Part shown: in pieces, positions 44,064 to 52,725 of the stretch
Layout: each line of letters opens with the position of its first letter
Numbering within the stretch: position 1 is the stretch's first letter
The notes under the pieces: generated by a model
What the model was told of the DNA's origin: nothing
Database searches by the model: none
The model's input: only the letters and a program-made list of their open reading frames with translations
DNA from: a virus
Reading direction: 5' to 3' (one strand)
Virus record (IMG/VR): IMGVR_UViG_3300045988_140747
Length of the DNA stretch: 64,000 bases
Position numbers and translations under genes: made by a program

Positions 44064-44299
44064 TATCTGCTTACAACAATATGGTTGAAAAGCTCCCACT
44101 GCAATTTCGTCTGGAAGCTTGTGACGAATCTTATTTCGGAGACTTTATTTGTGATACGAAAGACGATCTTAAAAGCTTGCCAACCGATTGTGCAATGGGA
44201 AGCATCGCCAGAGTTATCGAGCCGCCATCTATTTATAGAAAAAGTGCATCTGGCACTTGGGTTCTGCAAAAAAGCGTCGGGGAGGATGAAGAAATTTGA
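44060..44299 (+). CDS. Hypothetical tail protein (79 aa)
   Basis: TTG start. The motif DLKSLPTDCAMGSIARV is shared with the N-terminus of the 49177 fibre protein. Confidence 0.4.
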   Translation: MISAYNNMVEKLPLQFRLEACDESYFGDFICDTKDDLKSLPTDCAMGSIARVIEPPSIYRKSASGTWVLQKSVGEDEEI

Positions 44300-44877
44300 G
44301 CTACGAAATCATCGAAACCACCCCCATACGGATAGAAAAAATGTCCGTCATAGATGGTATCCCCTGGGCATTTTCTCCGGCATATGAAGAATTGGAGCTT
44401 GCACTCGGTCAGATTGAAAGTCTGAATGATATTGATTCGTGTTCTGGCGTTCTACTTGATCGCATAGGGCAAATTGTTTGCTTGTCCAGACAGGAAGCGG
44501 GCATCATGATCGGAAGCCGTGAGCTTGCTGACGACGACAGCATCTATAGGGTATGCCTTAAATATAAGGCTTATGTCAACAGCTGTCGCTGTACCCCGGA
44601 TGAAATCATTGAAGCGACAAAAATTATTTTTGGGGCTTCACAGGTTTTGTACAGCGAGCAGCGAGACACACCAGCCACATTTCATCTGTCAATATCTGCG
44701 CCTTTTTCCGATCTAGTTCTTTCGATTCTTGGATCTCACGATCTTATCGTTCATCCTGCCGGCGTAAAGGTCAAAGCGGATTGTTCTACAGTAGATACAG
44801 ATACATTCGGATTTGTTGACATAAATCCAAATGTTGCGGGGTTCGGAAACGGAAAATTCGCGCAATCGATTAACTAA
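44296..44877 (+). CDS. Baseplate/tail-fibre adaptor (XkdT/gpI-like)
   Basis: Assigned by position; TTG start. Confidence 0.4.
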   Translation: MSYEIIETTPIRIEKMSVIDGIPWAFSPAYEELELALGQIESLNDIDSCSGVLLDRIGQIVCLSRQEAGIMIGSRELADDDSIYRVCLKYKAYVNSCRCTPDEIIEATKIIFGASQVLYSEQRDTPATFHLSISAPFSDLVLSILGSHDLIVHPAGVKVKADCSTVDTDTFGFVDINPNVAGFGNGKFAQSIN

Positions 44878-44895
44878 AGGAAAGGAGGATTTTTT

Positions 44896-45930
44896 GTGGC
44901 CGAAACACGATCCGGATTAGTTGTGGATGACTATTCAAAAGTTGCCTTTTCTGTAGATGGCACCAAACAGGAGCTATCTATTGACGAATGGAAGGCCGGC
45001 TGGGCTACCATTGTTGGCGGCATTAACGGAAAGCCGACAAGCCAGCAGTTCAACATGGTTACATACATTCTGTCAAGCTTGCTGAATCAAGCCATTTCAG
45101 ATCTTTCAACTGTTAAAAGCACCGCCAATGACGCACTGCCAAAGACCGAATTCACAGCGGATCAAATTGCAAAGATGCTTGCAGAACTGGATCTGATGAA
45201 TGGATGCAACGCCGATAAGCTTGACGGAAAACATGGCGATGAATATGCGTCTGCAGACCATAAGCATTCTGCAGACGACATTGAAGTCGGAACATTGCCC
45301 ATCGAACGAGGTGGAACATATGCCACTACCGCTCCTGAGGCGTGTGCAAATCTTGGCGCAATGCAGACAGCCGGCGGTACGTTCATTGGTGATGTTTACT
45401 TTGCAAACGGAACTGCGCATTATGTTTTGTCAACAGGCGACGCGCATCTTAAATCTTTGACGGTATCTGGTGATATCAATGCAAAGCGAGTCTACGATGC
45501 AGTTTATAACGACTATGCTGAGTTGATGCCGCGTGGCGAACAAACAGAACCGGGCGACATCGTTGCTCTCGATACCAGCAGTCAGACGGAACGATACATC
45601 AAGGCAACGAATTTGTCTGACCGTATCGCTGGAGTCCACACTGATGAGTTTGCAATGCTTATCGGCGGCAATAAAGTTAGAGAAGGGCAGGATTTCCTTG
45701 CGGAAAACCTGCCCTCTTTTATTCCTGTTTCTCTTGCTGGCCGTGTGCATACCAAAGTGATCGGGCCTGTTCATACGGGTGACTACATTGTTTTGTCTGA
45801 AACGCCAGGAATCGGACGTGCCGTTGGTTCGTGTGAATCCTGCCCGACCGATAAAATTGTTGGCTACGCTTGTGAAGGCGATGACCGAACAGATCTTAGA
45901 CTGGTAAAAGTCAGAGTAGGGGGCAAGTGA
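44896..45930 (+). CDS. Tail fibre protein
   Basis: GTG follows AAAGGAGGA. KLDGKHGDEYASADHKHSADDI...GGT is a fibre motif, and the C-terminal domain resembles the Peptidase_G2/IMC type. Confidence 0.6.
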   Translation: MAETRSGLVVDDYSKVAFSVDGTKQELSIDEWKAGWATIVGGINGKPTSQQFNMVTYILSSLLNQAISDLSTVKSTANDALPKTEFTADQIAKMLAELDLMNGCNADKLDGKHGDEYASADHKHSADDIEVGTLPIERGGTYATTAPEACANLGAMQTAGGTFIGDVYFANGTAHYVLSTGDAHLKSLTVSGDINAKRVYDAVYNDYAELMPRGEQTEPGDIVALDTSSQTERYIKATNLSDRIAGVHTDEFAMLIGGNKVREGQDFLAENLPSFIPVSLAGRVHTKVIGPVHTGDYIVLSETPGIGRAVGSCESCPTDKIVGYACEGDDRTDLRLVKVRVGGK

Positions 45931-46916
45931 TGATAAAAAAGGATTCACGGTGCTATGCTTCTGACTTTTCTGAAATAAAGAAAGCACTTGATGCTGAGCT
46001 TGGCCGTCGCGGAAAAGCTGAGGGAACAGCGCGTGGGCAGAGCGTTGGCAGCATGGCTTCATACAAACAAGAGTTCTCAAATGCTATTGCAGTAGGAGAA
46101 ACTATCAGAAATGAACACATTCAGAAGCTCACTCAGCCTTTGAGCGCCATTACGGGTTCATCCATTGCACCTGAAAATGGAAACAAGGTTACTGCCGATG
46201 TACTGGCTCAAGCTGCATCGATGCTCAGTGAACTCAGTTCGGTCGAGGAGACATCCTCATCAAGCGGATGCGCAGGAGCGTGCTCCGGCCTTTGCGCAAC
46301 TGGTTGCTATTCCTCGTGTTCTGGATGTACCGGTAGCTGCACGGGTGGTTGTTTAGACTCTTGCGTTGCGACTTGCGCAGATGATTGCGTTGGTGGCTGC
46401 AAGACAACATGCTCTGGATTGTGCACCGGGACATGCACTGGAACGTGCACGCAAGCATGTGCAAATACTTGCGGAGGAACATGTACCGGCACTTGCATGG
46501 GCACCTGCGTAAATTCCTGCACTGGCAACTGCGTTGGAAAATGTACAGGTACATGCACAGCAGCCTGTGCCGATAGCTGCACAAGGAACTGTAAGACAAC
46601 CTGTAGTGGCGGATGCTCCGGTTCATGTGATGGTTGTTCAAGTTCCTGCGAGGGAAGCTGCAGCACCAATTGTGCTGATAGCTGCGATAACAATTGCACG
46701 ACTGGGTGCAAATCTTATTGTGCAAATAGCTGTCAGGATAGTTGCGCTGGAACGGGTTGCCTTGCTAACTGCGAAAGCGGCTGCTCGAACTCTTGCAGAG
46801 GCGACTGTAATTCGCACTGCGGTTCACAGTGCACTAGCGGTTGCGATTCAAGCTGCGATGGATGTTCTGGATCGTGTTCCGGTGGCTGCACAAGCTGCTC
46901 TGGATTCTTATTTTAA
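45927..46916 (+). CDS. Cys-x3-repeat (CXXX-repeat) protein, 329 aa
   Basis: A 113-aa non-repetitive N-terminus is followed by about 54 Cys with an almost invariant 4-residue period (GCAGACSGLCATGC...CSGSCSGGCTSC). ATGA overlap with the upstream fibre gene. Confidence 0.75.
   Translation: MMIKKDSRCYASDFSEIKKALDAELGRRGKAEGTARGQSVGSMASYKQEFSNAIAVGETIRNEHIQKLTQPLSAITGSSIAPENGNKVTADVLAQAASMLSELSSVEETSSSSGCAGACSGLCATGCYSSCSGCTGSCTGGCLDSCVATCADDCVGGCKTTCSGLCTGTCTGTCTQACANTCGGTCTGTCMGTCVNSCTGNCVGKCTGTCTAACADSCTRNCKTTCSGGCSGSCDGCSSSCEGSCSTNCADSCDNNCTTGCKSYCANSCQDSCAGTGCLANCESGCSNSCRGDCNSHCGSQCTSGCDSSCDGCSGSCSGGCTSCSGFLF
46269..46913 (+). repeat. Imperfect 12-nt periodic coding repeat (TGY NNN NNN NNN)n
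   Basis: Encodes the Cys-x3 array and generates spurious long ORFs in other frames and on the minus strand. Confidence 0.85.
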
Positions 46917-46934
46917 AAAATACAGGAGGAAAAG

Positions 46935-47519
46935 ATGGACGCTACTATTCATTATGCAAGTAACGGCGACTCAGATGCAGATGCATCGTATCTCAGAAAT
47001 CTGCCGATCATTAAGCTCCTTCAAAAGGCCACCATCGATGTCGATGACTGGAGTGTGCTCTTGTCTGCCGCTCCTAACGGCGAAGATAAGCTTTTCTGGT
47101 GTCTTGGATATGCTGGCGCTCTTTGTGCTATCGACGCAACAGACTTTGATGACTGGTTTATCTACTGCCTTACAGTCGTGGACTCCGCTTTGCAAGCCTG
47201 CAAAATCGAGAGTGCTTCTGATGAGCGCCGAAACCTGCTTGCTCTTGGGCTTGCATCGAGAACTTTTAATTTTGCAGCAAATCCTGTCACCAAAGATCTG
47301 AAATGTAAGGACGCATTACTCGGCGCTGGCGATTACCGTTGTTCTGAAGATGCTGATATCTTTGCCATGTGGTTTGCTCTTCGCATCTTGACTGAATATC
47401 TGAGGCTTGACTTCAACAGCAATCTGCGGGCTTTGACAAATGCCATGGTGTCCATGAACAAAATTCGGGAACGGTACAGCCAGATTGCAGACAGGCTTCC
47501 GAAAATGGATGCCTGCTGA
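46935..47519 (+). CDS. Hypothetical protein (194 aa) within the CXXX/rSAM cassette
   Basis: AGGAGGA RBS; no motif recognised. Confidence 0.45.
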   Translation: MDATIHYASNGDSDADASYLRNLPIIKLLQKATIDVDDWSVLLSAAPNGEDKLFWCLGYAGALCAIDATDFDDWFIYCLTVVDSALQACKIESASDERRNLLALGLASRTFNFAANPVTKDLKCKDALLGAGDYRCSEDADIFAMWFALRILTEYLRLDFNSNLRALTNAMVSMNKIRERYSQIADRLPKMDAC

Positions 47520-47539
47520 GATCTGAAAAGGGGAAGAGT

Positions 47540-47842
47540 ATGAAAATTGTAGAGTTGACTACCATCGAGAGCGAAACTGTAGAGCGTGCTTTTTATGAGG
47601 CACAGTCGTATGAGTCGCTCATGGCGGTTCTCAGCCGACAGCTGAATGCCAATGCGAATCCTGAAACTGCCAAGATCCTTATGCATTATGCAGAGCTGTG
47701 CAGAGCTGCACAAATGAAGCTTAAAATGGCACAGGATACCGTCGTTTCGCGGTATATCGACCTGAACGATCCGCGATATGTCCGATACCAATTCGATTTC
47801 GGCAGGGAGGAGGTCCATCTCCTTGAAAAACAAGAGATTTGA
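47540..47842 (+). CDS. Small helical protein (100 aa) immediately upstream of and overlapping the rSAM gene
   Basis: GGGGAAGAG RBS. Its position resembles the accessory proteins of rSAM peptide-maturation cassettes. Confidence 0.45.
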   Translation: MKIVELTTIESETVERAFYEAQSYESLMAVLSRQLNANANPETAKILMHYAELCRAAQMKLKMAQDTVVSRYIDLNDPRYVRYQFDFGREEVHLLEKQEI

Positions 47843-49172
47843 GGACTACGGAAATACAGTCCAAAGACTGTACTGCCGAGACCTTCCTGAAACCAGCAGT
47901 GCATGCCGCAATATCACATTTCAGGTTACGAACGGCTGCAATCTTCGGTGTTCTTATTGCTATGAGCATCACAAGGGATCGGAGCATATGAGCGTCGAGA
48001 CCGGCAGAAAAATTGTTGATTACTTGCTTGACCAGTACGAACGCAACGATTCGGACTTCATCAACTGGAATACACGGGCTGTCGTTCTCGACTTTATCGG
48101 CGGAGAACCGCTGCTTGAGGCCACTTTGATTGAACAGATCTGTGATTACTGGTTTTCAGAATGCTTCCGTCGCGACATTCCACTGGCTCCGTTCACAAGG
48201 ATCTCTTTTGCTACGAATGGTCAACTCTGGTTTAGCTCTGAAGCGCAGCATTTGATTGAAAAGTATCACGACCTCATGTCAATCACAGTTAGCATTGACG
48301 GTGTTCAGGATCTTCACGATATGTACCGCCTCGATGAACACGGTAACGGGAGCTTTTCAAAAGCATGGGTCGCATTTCAAGATGGAAAGCGCCGCTTTGG
48401 ATGGGCCAACAGCAAAATGACTTTTGTTCCCGGGTCATTCCCGTACATTTCCGATAGTCTCAAGATGATGTTAGATGAAGGATGCTCTGATGTCGCTTGT
48501 AACTACGCATATGAACCTGTGTATACGCCTGCAGATGGACGGTCTCTGTATGAGCAGCTGAAGATTGTGTCCGACTACATTGTAGACAACAAACTGGATG
48601 TTGTTGTCACGATTCTCGATAGTCTGCTCGGCGGAAAAGCTAAAGACGACAAGAATTTCTGCGGTGGCACAGGCGCTATGTTATCGTTTGCGCCGGATGG
48701 GAGCGCCTATCCATGTATTCGATATGCTCCTATTAGCATTGGTGTGGAAAAAGCCAAGAAAGTCCGCTTTGGAAGCGTCTACGATGGACTATATGTCACT
48801 GATGAGCAAAAACGTGTAAAAGCGGATCTTGACGCAATTACTCGTACAACACAGTCTCCAAAAGAATGCTTGGAATGCCCTGTGTCTGCAGGGTGCGGCT
48901 GGTGTTCTGGCATGAATTATGAGGTGTTCGGTACAGCCAATAAGCGTACCACCTCTATTTGCTGGGCACACAAGGCCCGTGTCCTTGCAAGTGCCTATTA
49001 TTACAATCACCGGTATGTTGAGATCGGCGATTGCCTGCCAATCAAGGTCGAACTGCCTGAAACCGATGCGCTGAAGATCCTCTCCAAGCAAGAGTATTCT
49101 AAGTTTCAGAACTTAGAAAAAAAGGCGCTGCTGAAATTTGCTGATGCAGCAGGAATTAGAAGAAAGGAGTGA
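47778..49172 (+). CDS. Radical SAM / SPASM-domain maturase (anSME-like)
   Basis: CNLRCSYCYE (Cx3Cx2C), GGEPLL, and C-terminal auxiliary-cluster cysteines CGGTGAMLSFAPDGSAYPC ... CLECPVSAGCGWCSG ... C. The start may instead be TTG 47823, after GGGAGGAGG. Confidence 0.8.
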   Translation: MSDTNSISAGRRSISLKNKRFEDYGNTVQRLYCRDLPETSSACRNITFQVTNGCNLRCSYCYEHHKGSEHMSVETGRKIVDYLLDQYERNDSDFINWNTRAVVLDFIGGEPLLEATLIEQICDYWFSECFRRDIPLAPFTRISFATNGQLWFSSEAQHLIEKYHDLMSITVSIDGVQDLHDMYRLDEHGNGSFSKAWVAFQDGKRRFGWANSKMTFVPGSFPYISDSLKMMLDEGCSDVACNYAYEPVYTPADGRSLYEQLKIVSDYIVDNKLDVVVTILDSLLGGKAKDDKNFCGGTGAMLSFAPDGSAYPCIRYAPISIGVEKAKKVRFGSVYDGLYVTDEQKRVKADLDAITRTTQSPKECLECPVSAGCGWCSGMNYEVFGTANKRTTSICWAHKARVLASAYYYNHRYVEIGDCLPIKVELPETDALKILSKQEYSKFQNLEKKALLKFADAAGIRRKE

Positions 49173-49176
49173 AAAA

Positions 49177-50781
49177 ATGGCTGTTTTAATTGCAGAAACC
49201 AAGCTCGAAACAATTGATACAGCATGGTACCACTTCTACATTGACAAAGTTGCCGATATAGAGTCACTTCCCACTAGTTGTTCGATTGGCATTGCCTTTT
49301 CTGTAAAAAAATATGCTCGGCCAACCAGCGTTGCCTACTGCATAGAAGACGCGCATGTATATATGCTCGACAGCCATGACAAGTGGCGTCCCATGTACGG
49401 CTTCTCTGATGATGTTCTTGACGCCCTTGATGTCAAAACAAGTGATTTCTTCAAGATCTGCTCCGAGACAAAGAACTATAGGGATGAAGCAGTTTCAAAT
49501 GCTAATTCCTCCGCTAAAAGTGCAGCTGCTGCTCTCGCAAGTCAAAATGCCGCCAAGAACAGCGAGACAAAATCTGCTGCAAGTGAAGCCGTAGCAAAAA
49601 GAAGTGAGCAAAGTGCAGCAGCTGCAGCTGCAGCTGCAAGCAGCAGTAAAACTTCTGCCGCTGCAAGTGAGGCAACAGTCAAAGCATCTGCAACTGCTGC
49701 CGCTGAATCTCAGGCTAAAGCCGCCGAATCAGAGAAAAATGCAAAGGCTAGCGAGACTTTAGCTGGTACAAGCGCCACAAACGCATCCACGTCCGCAAAA
49801 AATGCAGCCTCTTCCGCCACTACAGCAACTGACGCCGCTACGACAGCTTCCGAAAAGGCTACTGCCGCTAGCTCTAGTGCCACCAATGCAGCTGCAAGCG
49901 CAAAAACTGCAGAAAAAAGCGAAGCAAACGCTAAAATTTATGCTGAGAAAGCTCAACTTATCGGCGACAGTTACAAAGGCTGGTACCAAACAGAAAAAGA
50001 ACTGGCCGCAGATCTGACAGAAGCAAAAAACGGTGACTGGGCGATCGTCGGCGAGTCTGACACCATGTGGGTGTGGGATGGCGACACCGGCGCGTGGGTC
50101 AATACCCGCAAAGAGGTGGACCTGTCGGACTACATGACGCAGGACCAGATCATGAAGCTGCTTGAGCAGTACATGCCACTTCGCCCCGCCACCGCAACCA
50201 CACTGGGCGGAATTAAGGTCGGCAGTGGACTTTCTGTGACCGAAGATGGAATGCTGAGCGCCGATGCTCAGGAATACACCCTCCCCGCCGCCACCGCAAC
50301 CACGCTGGGCGGTGTGAAGGTTGGCAGCGGTCTGACGGTCGATGCGGACGGAACACTTTCTGCGGACAGCGCTTTGGCTGCCTACCCCGTTGGCAGTATT
50401 TTTCAAACAGTCAGCACTACCAGTCCCGCCGAACTGTTCGGCGGTACATGGCAGGAGATTGCATTTAACCGCGTGCTGATGGGTGCTGGCACAGGCTACA
50501 CAGCGGGAAGCACGGTGGAGGCCGGACTGCCGAACATCACGGGCAGCTTAATAGAAACAAACGCAGAATCCTCCCCATTCCGTGGTTCAAAAGCGTCTTT
50601 GAAATCATCGGGAGCTTTAAAATTCGTAGAAATCAATACTTCTTGGGGTGGCTACAGTGGTATGTCAGGTTCGACGTATGATGTTTACTTTGATGCTTCC
50701 CGCTCGAACTCAATCTACGGTCGCAGCTATACCGTGCAGCCCGCCGCCTACTATGTGCACATCTGGAAGCGCGTGGCATGA
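49177..50781 (+). CDS. Tail fibre protein with Ala/Ser-rich coiled coil
   Basis: ATG follows AAAGGAG. It has a long SA(A)K/E coiled coil and a duplicated PA(A)TATTLGG(I/V)KVGSGL(S/T)V unit. Confidence 0.6.
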   Translation: MAVLIAETKLETIDTAWYHFYIDKVADIESLPTSCSIGIAFSVKKYARPTSVAYCIEDAHVYMLDSHDKWRPMYGFSDDVLDALDVKTSDFFKICSETKNYRDEAVSNANSSAKSAAAALASQNAAKNSETKSAASEAVAKRSEQSAAAAAAAASSSKTSAAASEATVKASATAAAESQAKAAESEKNAKASETLAGTSATNASTSAKNAASSATTATDAATTASEKATAASSSATNAAASAKTAEKSEANAKIYAEKAQLIGDSYKGWYQTEKELAADLTEAKNGDWAIVGESDTMWVWDGDTGAWVNTRKEVDLSDYMTQDQIMKLLEQYMPLRPATATTLGGIKVGSGLSVTEDGMLSADAQEYTLPAATATTLGGVKVGSGLTVDADGTLSADSALAAYPVGSIFQTVSTTSPAELFGGTWQEIAFNRVLMGAGTGYTAGSTVEAGLPNITGSLIETNAESSPFRGSKASLKSSGALKFVEINTSWGGYSGMSGSTYDVYFDASRSNSIYGRSYTVQPAAYYVHIWKRVA

Positions 50782-50799
50782 GAAAGGAGGTTTTGATCG

Positions 50800-51102
50800 A
50801 TGATCCCTGTGACATTTGATACTGTGGCAACATTGCAGTTTGGCAGTGAGGGTCACCCGACCAGTCTGCACTTTGCCATCCCGGAAGAGTGGAAAACCTG
50901 CAAAATCAGACTCCACCTGCGGCGCAGCGACGGTAGCTTTGTGCCCCCGATGCAGCTGGACGAAAATGGGTGCGTAAAAGTAGACCGCAGTGACTCCGGC
51001 AAGACCGGCGGACAGTGGATGCTGTCGGCTGAAAGTCCTGACGGAAAAGTATCTTACTCGCGAATCGGCAAATATGTGACCCCCATGGAGGTGACACAAT
51101 GA
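50800..51102 (+). CDS. Hypothetical tail-fibre-module protein (100 aa)
   Basis: AAAGGAGG RBS. Confidence 0.4.
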   Translation: MIPVTFDTVATLQFGSEGHPTSLHFAIPEEWKTCKIRLHLRRSDGSFVPPMQLDENGCVKVDRSDSGKTGGQWMLSAESPDGKVSYSRIGKYVTPMEVTQ

Positions 51103-51821
51103 AGATCCTTGACGAGACCGGCGCGGTCGTGGAAAACCCCGACCTGACCCTTGGCTACCTGACCGACGACACCGAAGAAGTTACCCACCCCGCCGTAGAG
51201 GGCGTGGAGGAGCAGTGGCACTGGGAGACCGTGACCGAGTATCCGAACGGCGGCAAGGATGTGCAGAAGGTCATCGACGTGCCGGGCGTGCCTGCGCAGG
51301 CCGCATGGACCGAACAGGTGCCGGTGCAGAGATACATCCGTTACACGGAAGAAGAGCTGGCCGAAATAAAAGAATCTCTACGCACAGAAAAACTAAAAGA
51401 GGTTTCTGCTGATTGTGAAAAGGCAATTTACGCAGGTATCGATGTGATATTTGCAGATGAATCACAAAAACATTTTAGTCTTCAACCCAATGACCAAACT
51501 AATATTGATAGTGTTTTTAATGCAATTGTATTGGGCGCAACAGAATACCCGTACCATGCCGATGGTGAGCCGTGTGTTATGTATAGTGCAGCTGACATTA
51601 TGACTTTGTATGTGGCTTACAAAAGCTTTATCACCAGGCAGACCACGTATTGCAACTTTTTGCGTCAGTGGATTAAGCGCGTTGACAACAAAGAAGCTCT
51701 GAACGCGATTGAGTACGGCGCAACTCTTCCGGATGATTTGGAGGCTGGCGTTGAAAAGATTCTGAGTGCAGCGGAGCAGCAGGTTCAGTCTATCATCGCA
51801 AAGCTTACAGAAGGTAATTGA
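51099..51821 (+). CDS. DUF4376-domain (XkdW-like) tail-fibre-module protein
   Basis: The C-terminal half, CEKAIYAGIDV...FSLQPNDQTNI...LYVAYKSFITRQTTYCNFLRQWI, matches the DUF4376 pattern. Confidence 0.5.
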   Translation: MKILDETGAVVENPDLTLGYLTDDTEEVTHPAVEGVEEQWHWETVTEYPNGGKDVQKVIDVPGVPAQAAWTEQVPVQRYIRYTEEELAEIKESLRTEKLKEVSADCEKAIYAGIDVIFADESQKHFSLQPNDQTNIDSVFNAIVLGATEYPYHADGEPCVMYSAADIMTLYVAYKSFITRQTTYCNFLRQWIKRVDNKEALNAIEYGATLPDDLEAGVEKILSAAEQQVQSIIAKLTEGN

Positions 51822-51936
51822 TATGAGTGCATGGGTAAATGAGTCTCATGGTATTCGTCCAGCGTTTATTGTTACATACGATACAAAACTTAAAGTGGTG
51901 TAAGAATAAAATAAGCTAGAATCGATGTGATGAAAT

Positions 51937-52359
51937 TTGAATAGATTAAAAGAGATTTTGAAGTGTCTTGTTCTATTTTTAATTGGCGGAACTCTTTACT
52001 GCTGCCTCGAAGTTCTATGGCGCGGATATACCCACTGGACGATGGCTGTTGTGGGCGGTTGCTGCTTTATTGTTATCGGTGGATTAAATAACTATATTCC
52101 TTGGGAAATGAAAATCTGGAAGCAAGGAGTTGTTGGCGCGGTATTCGTTACCGCGATGGAACTTGTTGTTGGCGTTCCTCTCAACCTGTTCATGGGCTTA
52201 AATATCTGGGATTACTCTCAGGTGCCTTTTAACTTTCTTGGACAGATTTGTTTGCCGTTTACTGTTCTTTGGTTCTTTCTGTCAATTCTGTGCATTTTTG
52301 TTGATGACTGGCTACGTCATATTTTGTTCAAAGAAGAAAAGCCTAAATATTATTGGTAA
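51937..52359 (+). CDS. Polytopic membrane protein (PF06541-like 'putative ABC-transporter type IV' family)
   Basis: Four hydrophobic segments; LEVLWRGYTHWTM...NIWDYS. An AT-rich gene between GC-richer fibre genes. TTG start. Confidence 0.45.
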   Translation: MNRLKEILKCLVLFLIGGTLYCCLEVLWRGYTHWTMAVVGGCCFIVIGGLNNYIPWEMKIWKQGVVGAVFVTAMELVVGVPLNLFMGLNIWDYSQVPFNFLGQICLPFTVLWFFLSILCIFVDDWLRHILFKEEKPKYYW

Positions 52360-52570
52360 AGGTGGTGAGAAAAATGAGTTGATATATTGAAGTTGGCTGG
52401 ACGACTAGTGACAACAGTAGATTTCCCGAGGATAGCGTTCTGCTGGCGTACTTTGGCAACAGCTCCGGCGGTAACAGCAAGCGTATCGCATACAACGGCG
52501 GCAGCGCTGCAGGCCGCTCTGGCCGACGATGAAACAACTGAAACTGCATGAGCAGAAAGGAAGGAATACT

Positions 52571-52687
52571 ATGGAATTTTATAACGCCTGTAATCTCATG
52601 ATCGAGCGCGGCCAGACCGCGGGCATGGCAAAGAAGCTGGACATCTTATACGCCGCCGTCAAGCTGACCGAAAAGACCAGCGCCTGA
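52571..52687 (+). CDS. Small protein (38 aa), XkdX-position
   Basis: ATG follows AGGAAGGAA. Translates to MEFYNACNLMIERGQTAGMAKKLDILYAAVKLTEKTSA. Confidence 0.35.
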   Translation: MEFYNACNLMIERGQTAGMAKKLDILYAAVKLTEKTSA

Positions 52688-52725
52688 CCGGGCCGGAAAA
52701 GGACGCACCAAGGAGGTGTTGCTTT

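Noticed and set aside
46234-47301. Alternative-frame and antisense ORFs through the Cys-repeat region (46234-46725 -, 46307-46711 -, 46534-47301 +).
   Set aside because: They are artefacts of the 12-nt periodic low-complexity coding repeat. Only the 45927-46916 frame has start-stop coupling to its neighbours and a coherent Cys-x3 pattern.
52383-52532. A start-less 49-codon open frame (…VGWTTSDNSRFPEDSVLLAYFGNSSGGNSKRIAYNGGSAAGRSGRR), considered as a remnant of a fibre or lectin-like gene.
   Set aside because: It has no start codon or RBS, and its resemblance to known C-terminal domains is only vague. It may be a decayed fragment, but I cannot support it as a feature.
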